In this document: positions 20,249-30,749 of the stretch, piece after piece
Numbering within the stretch: position 1 is the stretch's first letter
Layout of the letters: each line of letters opens with the position of its first letter
NCBI GenBank assembly: GCA_963817915.1
Contig: CAWFQL010000009.1
Coordinates: 96,001-160,000, forward strand
Length of the DNA: 64,000 bases
From: an uncultured candidate division Zixibacteria bacterium
GTDB lineage: Bacteria; Zixibacteria; MSB-5A5; UBA10806
Reading direction: 5' to 3'
Notes under the pieces: model-generated
Told to the model about the DNA's origin: nothing
Databases searched by the model: none
What the model saw: only the letters and a program-made list of their open reading frames with translations
Program-made: the position numbers and the translations under genes

Positions 20249-20791
20249 ATGTACGAAAAAATTTATGTAGTGCCATTAGACGAGAACAGCCGCGCCAACG
20301 CAGATTGGATCGGTCAGCAACTTACTAAGAAAATGGGCTTTCGCCTGCAGTCAGGTATTATATCCCGGCTTCCCGATGAGGCCTATAATGCCAAGAACAA
20401 TCAATATTACGCGGTCCCGATTTTATCCAAGCTTGAGTTATTGAAGGGCACCGAAGATGAAATTATTCTGGCGTTGACAGAAGAAGATCTTTACATACCG
20501 AATCAGAACTTCGTATTCGGTCAGGCCAATTCTGTTGGCAAAACAGCTATTGTCTCGACCCTAAGATTAAAACCGGAATATTACGGTTTACCTGAGGAAG
20601 AAGAGCTGACTCGTTCGAGGTTGCTTGTAGCCGCATTGCATGAATTGGGCCATATCCTTGGACTGAAAAATTGCAATAACGATTGCGTAATGCGCGCTAT
20701 TGGAAATGTCAATGAGCTCGATAAACGAGCCGATGGTTTTTGTCCCGATTGCCTGCTGAATCTCACTCTGCCAACCAAAGTTAAAACATGA
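20249..20791 (+). CDS. Archaemetzincin-like Zn metallopeptidase (M54)
   Basis: DLY..NFVFG, HELGHILGLKNC..CVM..FCPDC motifs. Confidence 0.85.
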   Translation: MYEKIYVVPLDENSRANADWIGQQLTKKMGFRLQSGIISRLPDEAYNAKNNQYYAVPILSKLELLKGTEDEIILALTEEDLYIPNQNFVFGQANSVGKTAIVSTLRLKPEYYGLPEEEELTRSRLLVAALHELGHILGLKNCNNDCVMRAIGNVNELDKRADGFCPDCLLNLTLPTKVKT

Positions 20792-20814
20792 GCAATCTCG
20801 ACATTGAGGATATT

Positions 20815-20848
20815 TAGGGGATGATCGGATATTATCCCCTATATTTTT
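20815..20848 (+). terminator. Intrinsic terminator
   Basis: TAGGGGATGAT/ATTATCCCCTA stem followed by a T-run. Confidence 0.7.
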
Positions 20849-20863
20849 GATAATTAATTAACT

Positions 20864-21319
20864 ATGAAATTGTCCAACTCCGAAATCCCAAAGCCTGTTA
20901 TCAATATCCATAATGAATTTATCGTCGATTCTAAATCTGATCGTATCTGGGATATTCTCATCGATATCAATAACTGGGGCAAATGGAATCCATCGATAGA
21001 CCACGCGGTCATCTACGGACCATGTTCGCAGGGAGCTCGCCTCAAATTTTCATCAGGTAAGTGGGATTTCGATTCGACCATTATCGCATTTGAACCCGGG
21101 AAAAGTATTGTATTCCGAAGCACTACTATTGGCATGAAGATGATGCTATCATTCGCTATTAATTCATCCAACGACCGGACCAAGATACTTATAGATATTT
21201 CTATTTCTGGATGGCTGAGCAAAATTCTCAAAAAGAGCATTTCCAAGGAACTCAATGAAATTGTAGAGACAACTATGACAAGTCTGAAGGCTATTGCCGG
21301 CAAAAAGGGCGGGGAATAG
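20864..21319 (+). CDS. SRPBCC/polyketide cyclase-like protein
   Basis: IWDILIDINNWGKWNP motif and C-terminal helix LKAIA. Confidence 0.8.
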   Translation: MKLSNSEIPKPVINIHNEFIVDSKSDRIWDILIDINNWGKWNPSIDHAVIYGPCSQGARLKFSSGKWDFDSTIIAFEPGKSIVFRSTTIGMKMMLSFAINSSNDRTKILIDISISGWLSKILKKSISKELNEIVETTMTSLKAIAGKKGGE

Positions 21320-21399
21320 TAAAACCGATCTAATTTAACGCCCCAAATAATCCCGTAATTTCTCGAATATCCTAAATTTCCATAGTATTTACAAAATAC

Positions 21400-21428
21400 T
21401 TGCACAAAAGTGCATTAGATAATATAAT
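21400..21428 (+). promoter_or_regulatory. Sigma70 promoter with overlapping palindromic operator (putative LexA box, 21401-21414)
   Basis: TTGCAC-N17-TATAAT; perfect palindrome TGCAC-AAAA-GTGCA over the -35. Confidence 0.7.
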
Positions 21429-21461
21429 TACGCCCATGAAAATACGGTATCAGGCAAACGC

Positions 21462-23752
21462 ATGAAGCTAAATCAGCTTATTGACAAGCTCAAATCATCC
21501 CCCGAATTCGGGCCCGGCATAAGCCACTGGCAGGTTATTCCACCGACTTCCGGGCATTATGTCGAATTTCCAACTTCCATCGATAAGCGACTTGTTGATC
21601 TTCTCAAAGCAAAGGGGATTTCTAAATTATACAGCCATCAGGCCAAGGCCGCGGAGCTATGCGGCAGCCGGGAAAGACTTTGTCGTTGTCACCCCCACAG
21701 CGTCCGGCAAATCCCTATGCTACAATTTGCCGGTAATTAATTCGCTTTTAACCAACGATCCACAGGCACGAGCGCTATATTTATTTCCGACCAAAGCGCT
21801 TTCAGCTGATCAGGTCGATGAGCTTTATTCAATGGTGGAAGCTTCCGGCGCTGATATTAAGACCTATACATTCGATGGCGATACGCCGGTTTCTGCCCGC
21901 AATATAATCAGAAAAGCAGGCAATATTGTTGTCACCAATCCCGACATGCTTCATTCCGGAATTCTGCCGCATCATACGATTTGGATCAAGCTTTTCGAAA
22001 ATCTCAAATATATAGTTATTGATGAGCTTCATCACTATCGCGGAGTCTTTGGCTCGAATCTATCCAATGTCTTAAGGCGATTGATGAGGCTCTGCGAATT
22101 CTATGGCTCGAAGCCGCAATTCATACTATGCTCGGCAACTATTGGCAACCCTAAAGAATTGGCGGAGAAGATAATAGGGCGACCAGTTGAAGTGATAGAT
22201 GAGAATGGCGCGCCTTCGGGTGAAAAGCATTTTGTCATCTATAATCCGCCTGTCATCAATCGGCAGCTGGGTATCAGAAAGTCATCGGTTTCGGAATCGG
22301 CACGCCTGGCTGGCATGGTCATTGCCAATGGTATCCAGACCATTGTATTCGCCCGAAGCCGTGTTCGGGTTGAAATACTCACAACATATCTCAAAGAGCA
22401 GATGCAATTGCTCAAAAATTTCTCCGGATAAGGTTTCAGGTTATCGCGGCGGATACTTGCCTAATGAACGGCGCGATATCGAAAAGGGGCTCCGTGCGGG
22501 CGAAATCCTCGGAGTTGTTTCCACAAATGCCCTTGAGTTGGGCATTGATATCGGCGGTCTTGATGTTTCCATACTTTGCGGATATCCCGGTGGGATAGCC
22601 TCGGCATGGCAGCAGGCAGGCAGGGCTGGTAGAAAATCCGATGTATCTTTAGCTATAATGGTCGCATCATCAGCGCCTTTGGATCAATTCCTGGCCAACA
22701 ACCCCAAATACTTTTTCGGCAAGTCTCCTGAACAGGGGATTGTCGATCCCGAAAATCTTGCTATTCTGGTGAATCATCTTAAATGTGCTGTTTTCGAATT
22801 GCCAATTGATGATCACGAATCCTTTGGAGTAATTCCCACATCGCAGATAATGGATTTCCTTTCTCAGGAACGGCTTGTTCAAAAATCGGGTGCGAAATAC
22901 CATTATACTTCGGATATCTATCCTGCCAGCGAGGTTTCCCTGCGAACTGCATCCCCGGAAAATTTCGTGATCATGGATGAATCAGATAATGGCCGAGTAA
23001 TCGGTGAGATCGATTATTTTTCGGCCCCCGAGTTGGTTCATCCCGAAGCGATTTACCTGCATCAAAGCAAACGGTTCCAGGTTCGCAATCTTGATTGGGA
23101 AGGGAAGAGGGCTTACGTGATTCCCGTAGATGTTGAATACTATACCGATGCTGAATCCAAAGTAGTAATCAAAATTCTTCATGTCGATCAGGAAGAGGTA
23201 TTCAAAACCGGGATTACCAAGTCAATAGGCGATGTCGCCGTCAGCAGAACTGTTGTTCGCTATAAGAAAGTCCGCTTTCATACGCACGAAAATCTCGGAT
23301 GGGGCAAAGTATCGTTGCCTGAGCAGGAGATGCATACCGGCTCATTCTGGATCTCATTTTCAGACAATATCGGGCAGCTCACACACCTAACGCCGGAACA
23401 GCTTTCAGGAGCATTGCATGGTGTCGCTCAGCTATTTCGACAGATAGTGCCGCTTTGGATATTGTCTGATCCGTCGGATATCAGATCGGTGTCTATGGTT
23501 CGTTCGCCCTTCAATGACCACCCATCTATTTATATATATGAGACAGTTCCGGGCGGAGTCGGATTTTCAAGAAAAATTTACGATATGTTCGATGAGGTCG
23601 TAAGAAACTCCATTTCGCATTTGACGAATTGTATTTGTGATGGTGGATGTCCATCATGTGTTGGCCCACTTATTGAAATCGGTGAAAATGGCAAGAGCGG
23701 CGCTGAACGATTGCTTCGAATGCTCGCATCCAACGATAAGCAGACAACCTGA
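21462..23752 (+). CDS. DEAH-box helicase with DUF1998 Zn domain (MrfA/SftH/Hrq1 family), frameshifts near 21658 and 22415
   Basis: LYSHQ Q-motif, TPTASGKS, DELH, CSATIGNP, STNALELGIDIG, QQAGRAGR and C-terminal CICDGGCPSC, spread over three frames. Confidence 0.9.
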
Positions 23753-23754
23753 TT

Positions 23755-23984
23755 AAAAAATCTATTGTTTATTCACCGGTGAGGTCGGGCCGCCGTACAC
23801 GACGACAGTCTCTATTGAAAATATCTATTGTTCATTTAGGATAAATATTTTCTCGGTGAGGTCGGGTCGCCTGACCCGACCGATTTTTCTTTAGCAGGGC
23901 GGCGGCCGTATGTAAGGCTAAATAAAACCGACAGCATGATCTAGCTACCCAAAATATCTATTGTTCATTTAGGATAAATATTTT
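23755..23984. repeat. Composite repeat: two identical 34-bp copies (23818-23851, 23951-23984), a degenerate copy near 23755-23773, and interleaved REP-like elements (23779-23806, 23856-23883)
   Basis: AAAATATCTATTGTTCATTTAGGATAAATATTTT occurs twice; CGGTGAGGTCGGG(C/T)CGCC occurs twice; hairpin GTCGGGTC-GCCT-GACCCGAC. Confidence 0.85.
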
Positions 23985-23997
23985 ATATACATTGGCT

Positions 23998-24975
23998 ATG
24001 AGAAACGCGTCCGAACAGGTTTTCGAAAATAGATCCGATTCGCGCGGATACAATGACAACGTGCGAGTTGCCTGGTATTCGTATATCTTTAAATTAAGGA
24101 TCGAGGAATTCATAGCGTGTCTGTTTTCGATTTCCGATAGTATTTTATTCGGTAAAGGGATATTTATATTATAGTTCCCAGGGCCATATACCGATTGCAT
24201 TTATCAGTAATTTTCAGCGATTCGGAACGATATTAGGCGCTATCGCGGTAATAGTTATTTTAGTTAATCTTTGGCCCAAATTAGGCTGGCTGAGGAATCT
24301 TCTGCCGATTGGATTTTGTCTCGGAATTTATACTAATTTCAGTGAGACTATTCGCTTTATTAATCCCCACGACATTCAGGATCATCTGATGGCGATTGAT
24401 AATTTTCTTTTCGGAGTACAGCCGTCAATCTGGTTTCAGCAGTTTATGCGTCCGTATTCTGACTGAATATCTTTCATTTTGCTATATGAATTTTTTCCTG
24501 CTCACGCCGATTGTCGCGATTGCATTGTACTTATAGCAAAAAGCACAAAGAATCCCGTGAAACAGTCGTTTCGGCGGTCTTGTGTTTGTATATTGGCTAT
24601 ATTCTCTATGCAATTTTCCCGGCGGTATCTCCGAGTATTGCGATAAAAAATGTGTACGTGGTGCCAATTAGCGGCACTCCTCTTGCCGATTTCGGCCTTA
24701 GCATAGAAGGCACATTCTCGTCGGCATCCCGCGATGCTTTCCCGTCGTTGCATACGGCGATTACGTTGCTGGTCCTTCTATTGGCATTTAAGCATATCAG
24801 ATGGTTGTTTTGGGTGCTGCTTCCGTTCGGACTGGGTTTGTTTGTCTCGACAGTTTATTTAAGGCATCATTATGTGATCGATCTAATTGCCGGCGTACCT
24901 CTCGGAATTCTGGCATTCATCTATTTGCCTAAAATGAATTCATGGTGGCTTTCGAAAAAGCCCAAAGAGGTATAG
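23998..24975 (+). CDS. PAP2-family membrane phosphatase (IPC synthase-like), frameshifts near 24130, 24456 and 24532
   Basis: DAFPSLH and STVYLRHHYVIDLIAG; upstream frames give WLRNLLP, LMAIDNFLFGVQPSIW and LTEYLSFCY. Confidence 0.75.
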
Positions 24976-24985
24976 CCGCCTGCTT

Positions 24986-26332
24986 ATGTATACAATAGCT
25001 TTCGCATCGCTCGGATGTAAACTGAACAAGTATGAAATTCAGCTTATTTCGGAAGCATTGAGAAAATACGGCTTCGAGACTGTTCCATTTAAGTCGGCGG
25101 CCGACTGCTATGTAATCAATACGTGCGGCGTTACCGGGAATGCCGAGCTTTCTTCACGACAGCTAATCCGCCGTGCCCGGAAATCCTCTCCTGATGCCAA
25201 GATCATCGCCACCGGATGCTATACCTCGCTCGCGCCCGAGAATTTTATTAACAATGGAATTGATGCTGTCGTGTCAAATATGGATAAAAACAAAATTCCA
25301 GCTACAGTTCTTAATCTATTCGGATTGATACTGCAAGATTCACCCGACAAGCCCTGTATTGATGATTCTGATTCCATAATTTCCGGCATGAATGATATCA
25401 CCAGAGCGTACACCAAGATTCAGGATGGGTGCGACGACAAATGTACATTCTGCGCGATATGGATGGCAAGAGGACCCGTTCGGTCCAGGCCGCTTGATAC
25501 GATCGTAAGGGAAATCAATAAGCTCGCTGAAAACGGATATAAGGAAGCTGTCCTTACTGGAGTGCATATTGGGAAATATTCTTTCTATGGGTTGAGGTTC
25601 AACGATCTCTTGAGAGAAATTTTAGTTAAGACATCCATCCAAAGAATTAGATTGTCATCTCTCAATCCTATCGAAATAGATGATGATCTTATTGATTTGA
25701 TTGCTAGCTCAAGCAGGATATGTCCTCATCTTCATCTTTCGATACAATCGGGCGACAATGATATTCTTCATGCCATGGGACGAAAATATACTGCCGACAA
25801 TGTAAAATCGGTTATCGAAAAATCGGTAGCACGAATAAATTATCTGACCATTGGAGCAGATATTATTGTTGGATTCCCCGGCGAGGATGATCAAAAATTT
25901 CAGAATACCCACGAATTACTGAATCAGTCTGATATTCACCATCTACATGTATTTCCTTATTCGGATAGAAACGGTACCGCGGCTGCGGCGATGAGGGATA
26001 AAGTAAAACCCGAGATCAAAACCAAACGGGCGGCCATACTTAAATCCGTGGCATCTCAGAAAAAGAACGCTCATCTTCAAAATTATTTGGGGAAGAAACT
26101 AAAGGCATTAATTGAAAAAAGACCTGCCGATGACGGCATGCTTACCGGCTTAACCGAAAATTACCTGCGAATAAAAGCATCTGGCGATAATTCATTCAAG
26201 GGAAATATCGTAACAGTACTGCCTTACGCGATAGATAAGAGTATCCTGTTATCCAAAATCGATATAGAAACAGACTCCCAGAAAAATAAGTTGACATATT
26301 TTGAACGGGCGGGTATTATAGATACCCAATAG
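24986..26332 (+). CDS. mtaB: tRNA t6A37 methylthiotransferase
   Basis: SLGCKLNKYE, INTCGVT, KIQDGCDDKCTFC and HVFPYS.R.GT motifs. Confidence 0.93.
   Translation: MYTIAFASLGCKLNKYEIQLISEALRKYGFETVPFKSAADCYVINTCGVTGNAELSSRQLIRRARKSSPDAKIIATGCYTSLAPENFINNGIDAVVSNMDKNKIPATVLNLFGLILQDSPDKPCIDDSDSIISGMNDITRAYTKIQDGCDDKCTFCAIWMARGPVRSRPLDTIVREINKLAENGYKEAVLTGVHIGKYSFYGLRFNDLLREILVKTSIQRIRLSSLNPIEIDDDLIDLIASSSRICPHLHLSIQSGDNDILHAMGRKYTADNVKSVIEKSVARINYLTIGADIIVGFPGEDDQKFQNTHELLNQSDIHHLHVFPYSDRNGTAAAAMRDKVKPEIKTKRAAILKSVASQKKNAHLQNYLGKKLKALIEKRPADDGMLTGLTENYLRIKASGDNSFKGNIVTVLPYAIDKSILLSKIDIETDSQKNKLTYFERAGIIDTQ
26291..26319 (+). promoter_or_regulatory. Sigma70 promoter for the nuo operon, inside the mtaB 3' end
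   Basis: TTGACA-N17-TATTAT. Confidence 0.7.
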
Positions 26333-26424
26333 GCGACAGAGGACGTGATATCAATACACCTCATGTAGCCGCTAAGTTGGATTAGAGATTGTGAAAAAAG
26401 TAACTCAAGGCAGATGATAGAAAA

Positions 26425-26781
26425 ATGTTCGACACCTTTTTCCCGATAGCAGTATTGTTTACATTCGCATTAGTAGTAGTACTAATTATGGTATATCTGC
26501 CAGAATTTTTGGCATCCAAAACCAAAAGCAGGCGCAAGGCTGCCCCCTATGAATGCGGCATTCTGCCCGAGTCTGATGCGAGAGAACGTTTCCCGGTTAA
26601 ATTCTATATGATCGCTATTCTTTTTATCATATTCGATCTCGAAATAGTCTTTCTATATCCCTGGGCACTAATCATGCGGAAGCTCAAGATGTTCGCGTTT
26701 CTGGAAATGCTTATTTTTATGGGGATTTTGCTTGTGGGATATCTCTATGTTATCCGTAAAGGAGTTCTAAAATGGGAATAG
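26425..26781 (+). CDS. nuoA: NADH-quinone oxidoreductase subunit A
   Basis: PYECG and [15 protein letters not shown] motifs. Confidence 0.96.
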   Translation: MFDTFFPIAVLFTFALVVVLIMVYLPEFLASKTKSRRKAAPYECGILPESDARERFPVKFYMIAILFIIFDLEIVFLYPWALIMRKLKMFAFLEMLIFMGILLVGYLYVIRKGVLKWE

Positions 26782-27251
26782 AGAAGTATTTGCCTGATGG
26801 CATTATCCTAACCACAGTTGAAAAAGCTGTAAACTGGTCGCGAAAATCATCGTTGTGGCCGCTCGGATTCGGGCTTGCCTGCTGCGCGATCGAGATGATG
26901 TCGACCTTCATGTCTCGTTACGATTTAGCGCGCTTCGGAATGGAAGTCATGAGACCGTCGCCGAGGCAGGCTGACTTGATGATAGTATCAGGCAGATTGT
27001 CAGTTCGAATGGCTCCAATTATCAGGCAGCTTTATGATCAAATGCCAAATCCGAAGTATGTCATTTCCATGGGCGCATGCGCTTCATCCGGCGGCATATT
27101 CAATAATTACGCTATTGTCCAGGGCGTCGATCGTGTCATTCCGGTAGATGTTTATGTACCCGGATGTCCTCCGAGACCGGAACAGCTTATCGATGGGATC
27201 ATGAAACTTCGTGCCAAAATCGACAGTGAGCATCTGAAAAGGGATATTTAG
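26772..27251 (+). CDS. nuoB: NADH-quinone oxidoreductase subunit B
   Basis: [17 protein letters not shown] and VPGCPPRP motifs. Confidence 0.97.
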   Translation: MGIEKYLPDGIILTTVEKAVNWSRKSSLWPLGFGLACCAIEMMSTFMSRYDLARFGMEVMRPSPRQADLMIVSGRLSVRMAPIIRQLYDQMPNPKYVISMGACASSGGIFNNYAIVQGVDRVIPVDVYVPGCPPRPEQLIDGIMKLRAKIDSEHLKRDI

Positions 27252-27775
27252 TGGCTTCATATACAGAGGAAAAACTTAAAAAGGAATATTCCGGCAAGCT
27301 TTTGGATATCTTTACATTCCGTAATGATCTTAATGTTATCCTTAAACCTGAAGATATCACCGAGATATGTCGTTTCTTAAAGAACGATTCCGATTTAAAA
27401 TATAATTTTCTATCATGCATAACGGCGGCCGATTATCTCGATTTGCGCGATAAGCGGTTTGAAGTCATATATATTCTCTTTTCCATCGAAAATCATAATA
27501 GGATTATATTAAAAGTCAGAATTAATGAAAATGACGAAATCCCTTCATTGACTTCGCTCTGGAGCGCCGCCAATTGGCAGGAACGGGAAGCCTATGATAT
27601 GTTCGGCATCAAATTCGCCGGACATCCCAATTTGAAAAGAATACTGATGGATGAAGACTGGGTTGGTTATCCTCAAAGAAAAGATTTCCCGCTAACTTAC
27701 GAAGTGCCTCAGTTTTCTTATAATAAAGATGAAATTGATTCTCGTCCAAAATCGCCTTGGAGAGGTGATAAGTAA
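27251..27775 (+). CDS. nuoC: NADH-quinone oxidoreductase subunit C
   Basis: ANWQEREAYDMFGIKFAGHP and RKDFPL motifs. Confidence 0.96.
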   Translation: MASYTEEKLKKEYSGKLLDIFTFRNDLNVILKPEDITEICRFLKNDSDLKYNFLSCITAADYLDLRDKRFEVIYILFSIENHNRIILKVRINENDEIPSLTSLWSAANWQEREAYDMFGIKFAGHPNLKRILMDEDWVGYPQRKDFPLTYEVPQFSYNKDEIDSRPKSPWRGDK

Positions 27776-28947
27776 TGCCTGTGCGAAAGACAATGGTTCT
27801 CAATATGGGGCCTCAGCATCCCGCCACTCATGGTGTTCTTAGAGTGAAGCTTGAGCTCGACGGGGAGACTATTGTCAACGCCGAACCAATCATTGGCTAT
27901 CTTCATACGGGCATAGAGAAAAACATGGAGGCCAAGACATACACTCAGGCGCTTACCATGACAGACCGCATGGACTATCTCGCGCCCATGTCTAATAACT
28001 TGGTGTATGTCGGCGCGGTAGAGAAACTGATGCAGGTTGAAGTTCCTCCGCGGGCTGAGTATGTAAGAGTAATTCTGACCGAACTTACTCGTTTGAATTC
28101 ACATCTGGTTTGGCTCGGTACTCATGCTCTGGATATCGGCGCCATGTCGATGGCATTATACTGCTTCCGTGAGCGAGAGAAAATTACGCAAATGTACGAA
28201 TTCGTTTCTGGTGTTAGGATGATGTCGTCGTATTTTCGAGTAGGCGGTTTGGCACAGGATGTGCCCGCCGGATTCGATAAGAGAGTATATGATATTTTAA
28301 ATGTATTTCCGGCCAAGATAGACGAATATGAAGGGCTACTTACTGAAAACAAAATCTGGCGCATGCGCACAATCGGTGTCGGCACAATCTCCAAGGAAGA
28401 CGCCATCGATATAGGCTTATCAGGTCCAGCGCTTCGAGCATGCGGTGTCGCCTGGGATCTGCGCAAATCAAATCCTTATTCGTATTATGATAAATTCCAA
28501 TTTGATATCCCGACTGCCCAGAACGGCGATGTTTTCGATAGATACATGGTGCGTGTAGAGGAGATGCGGCAAGCTCTGCGCATTATACGTCAAGCGATTG
28601 ATGGATTGCCGACCGGGCCATATATTACCGCCGACCGCAAGATCGCCCCGCCGCCCAAAGCTGAAGTACTCAAAGGCATGGAACAACTCATTCATCATTT
28701 CAAGCTTGTCGTTCATGGTTTCCAGCCTCCGCCCGGTGATGTATATTTTGCGATTGAATCACCAAAAGGTGAGATCGGCTGTTACCTTGTTTCCGATGGT
28801 TCTAAAAAACCTTATCGAGTCCATTTCAGGCCGCCGTCATTTGTTAATATTTCGGCTTTGCCCAAATTGGTGATCGGCCGCATGGTGGCCGATGTTATCG
28901 CGTGTATCGGATCAATAGATATTGTATTGGGCGAAGTAGATAGGTAG
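27775..28947 (+). CDS. nuoD: NADH-quinone oxidoreductase subunit D
   Basis: NMGPQHPATHGVLR and C-terminal DIVLGEVDR. Confidence 0.97.
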   Translation: MPVRKTMVLNMGPQHPATHGVLRVKLELDGETIVNAEPIIGYLHTGIEKNMEAKTYTQALTMTDRMDYLAPMSNNLVYVGAVEKLMQVEVPPRAEYVRVILTELTRLNSHLVWLGTHALDIGAMSMALYCFREREKITQMYEFVSGVRMMSSYFRVGGLAQDVPAGFDKRVYDILNVFPAKIDEYEGLLTENKIWRMRTIGVGTISKEDAIDIGLSGPALRACGVAWDLRKSNPYSYYDKFQFDIPTAQNGDVFDRYMVRVEEMRQALRIIRQAIDGLPTGPYITADRKIAPPPKAEVLKGMEQLIHHFKLVVHGFQPPPGDVYFAIESPKGEIGCYLVSDGSKKPYRVHFRPPSFVNISALPKLVIGRMVADVIACIGSIDIVLGEVDR

Positions 28948-28962
28948 TTGTGAGGCAATAAA

Positions 28963-29466
28963 TTGGAAAAGACATCTAAACAAATACTTTCGGCTGATTC
29001 GATTCGCGAAATAAAGCGGCTGAAGACTGTCTATCCCGAAAAGAAATCCGCGATTTTGATGATATTGCATGTTATTCATCGACAATTCGGATTTATCGAA
29101 AAAACAGCCCTTGTCGAAGCCGCCGAAATTATGGAATTGCCGATAATCGATTTTGAGCAGTCTGCCAGTTTTTATACATATTTCCCGTCTGGTAAAACGG
29201 GTAAATATCATATTCAAGTCTGCCGGACTCTGTCATGCTACCTGCGTGGCGCGGAAGAAGTGAAGACATATCTCAAGGAATTATTGAAGATAAAAAATAA
29301 TGAGACTACAGAAGACGGCCTTTTCTCATTAACCGAAGTCGAATGTCTGGGCTCATGCGGCACCGCTCCTGTTATTCAGATCAATGACGATTATTACGAG
29401 AATTTGACACGGGAACGAGTGGATGAAATTATTAATGATTTGAGGAATAAGTCCAAAAATGGTTGA
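28963..29466 (+). CDS. nuoE: NADH-quinone oxidoreductase subunit E
   Basis: CRTLSC and ECLGSC 2Fe-2S ligands. Confidence 0.95.
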   Translation: MEKTSKQILSADSIREIKRLKTVYPEKKSAILMILHVIHRQFGFIEKTALVEAAEIMELPIIDFEQSASFYTYFPSGKTGKYHIQVCRTLSCYLRGAEEVKTYLKELLKIKNNETTEDGLFSLTEVECLGSCGTAPVIQINDDYYENLTRERVDEIINDLRNKSKNG

Positions 29467-30745
29467 GTTCGAAAAAATACTCTTTAAAAATATCGATCAG
29501 CCCGGACAGGATAATATCGATACCTATATCAAAAACGGCGGTTATACCGCTTTTGAAAAAGCTATTAAGACCATGACTCCCGAAGAGGTCACCGATGTCG
29601 TTCTTAAATCAGGATTGCGCGGACGGGGTGGGGCCGGTTTCCCAACAGGCAGAAAATGGACGTTTCTTCCCAAAGGTGTTAACAAGCCGGTTTATCTTTG
29701 TGTCAATGCCGACGAATCCGAGCCGGGGACGTTCAAGGATCGCGAGTTGATGGAAAAAGACCCGCATATGGTAGTTGAAGGTACCTTGATATCCGCCTAT
29801 GCCATCAAATGCAAAATTGCATTCATATATATTAGAGGCGAGTTTGTTTACGCCTCGCGCCAACTTGAAAAAGCTATCGCTGAAGCCCGCGCCAAGGGAT
29901 TAATAGGAAAGAATATTTTCGGCAAGGGGATTGATATCGAAGTCGTAGTTCATCGCGGAGGCGGAGCCTATATATGCGGAGAGGAAACAGCCCTTTTGAC
30001 TTCACTTGAAGGCGGTATGGGCTATCCAAGAATTAAGCCGCCATTCCCGGCCGTATCCGGTCTTTATGGCTGTCCCACGATTATCAATAACGTCGAAACG
30101 CTTTCTAATATCCCGCATATAGTAAATAAGGGCGCCGAATGGTTTTCAAAGATTGGAACGCCAAAATCCTCAGGCTCGAAAATATTCTGTCTTTCGGGGC
30201 ATGTCGCTCGTCCTGGCAATTATGAATTGCCTATGGGTGTCCCGCTTCGCGAGCTTCTATATGAGTATGGCGGCGGAGTTAAAAATGACCGCAATCTGAA
30301 AGCGGTAATCCCCGGCGGTTCATCAGTGCCGGTCCTGACTGCTGATAAAATTGATGTTCACATGGATTTCGAATCGTTGGCTGAAGCGGGCACCATGTTG
30401 GGTTCTGCGGGAGTGATTGTAATAGATGATTCAGTCTGCATGGTCAAAGTTGCCTATAATTTAGCTCGTTTTTATCAGCACGAATCGTGCGGACAATGCA
30501 CTCCATGCAGACAAGGCACATATTGGGCGTTGGCGATTTTGCATCGCTTAGAGCATGGCACCGGAACAATGGAAGATATAGATACCCTATTGGATATTTG
30601 CAGCAACATAGAGGGTAACACGATCTGCCCGCTTGGCGATGCCGCAGTTCCCCCAATCCGTTCTACTATTATGAATTTTAGAGATGAATATGAGTACCAT
30701 GTTACTCATAAAAAATGCAAGACAAGTATGGGAGCGAGATTCTAA
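29459..30745 (+). CDS. nuoF: NADH-quinone oxidoreductase subunit F
   Basis: GLRGRGGAGFPTG, NADESEPG and ESCGQCTPCR motifs. Confidence 0.97.
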   Translation: MVEFEKILFKNIDQPGQDNIDTYIKNGGYTAFEKAIKTMTPEEVTDVVLKSGLRGRGGAGFPTGRKWTFLPKGVNKPVYLCVNADESEPGTFKDRELMEKDPHMVVEGTLISAYAIKCKIAFIYIRGEFVYASRQLEKAIAEARAKGLIGKNIFGKGIDIEVVVHRGGGAYICGEETALLTSLEGGMGYPRIKPPFPAVSGLYGCPTIINNVETLSNIPHIVNKGAEWFSKIGTPKSSGSKIFCLSGHVARPGNYELPMGVPLRELLYEYGGGVKNDRNLKAVIPGGSSVPVLTADKIDVHMDFESLAEAGTMLGSAGVIVIDDSVCMVKVAYNLARFYQHESCGQCTPCRQGTYWALAILHRLEHGTGTMEDIDTLLDICSNIEGNTICPLGDAAVPPIRSTIMNFRDEYEYHVTHKKCKTSMGARF

Positions 30746-30749
30746 TAAA

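Noticed and set aside
23818..23984. Mini CRISPR array (34-bp repeats)
   Set aside because: Only two exact copies, a 99-bp spacer containing a REP-like hairpin, and no cas genes in the window
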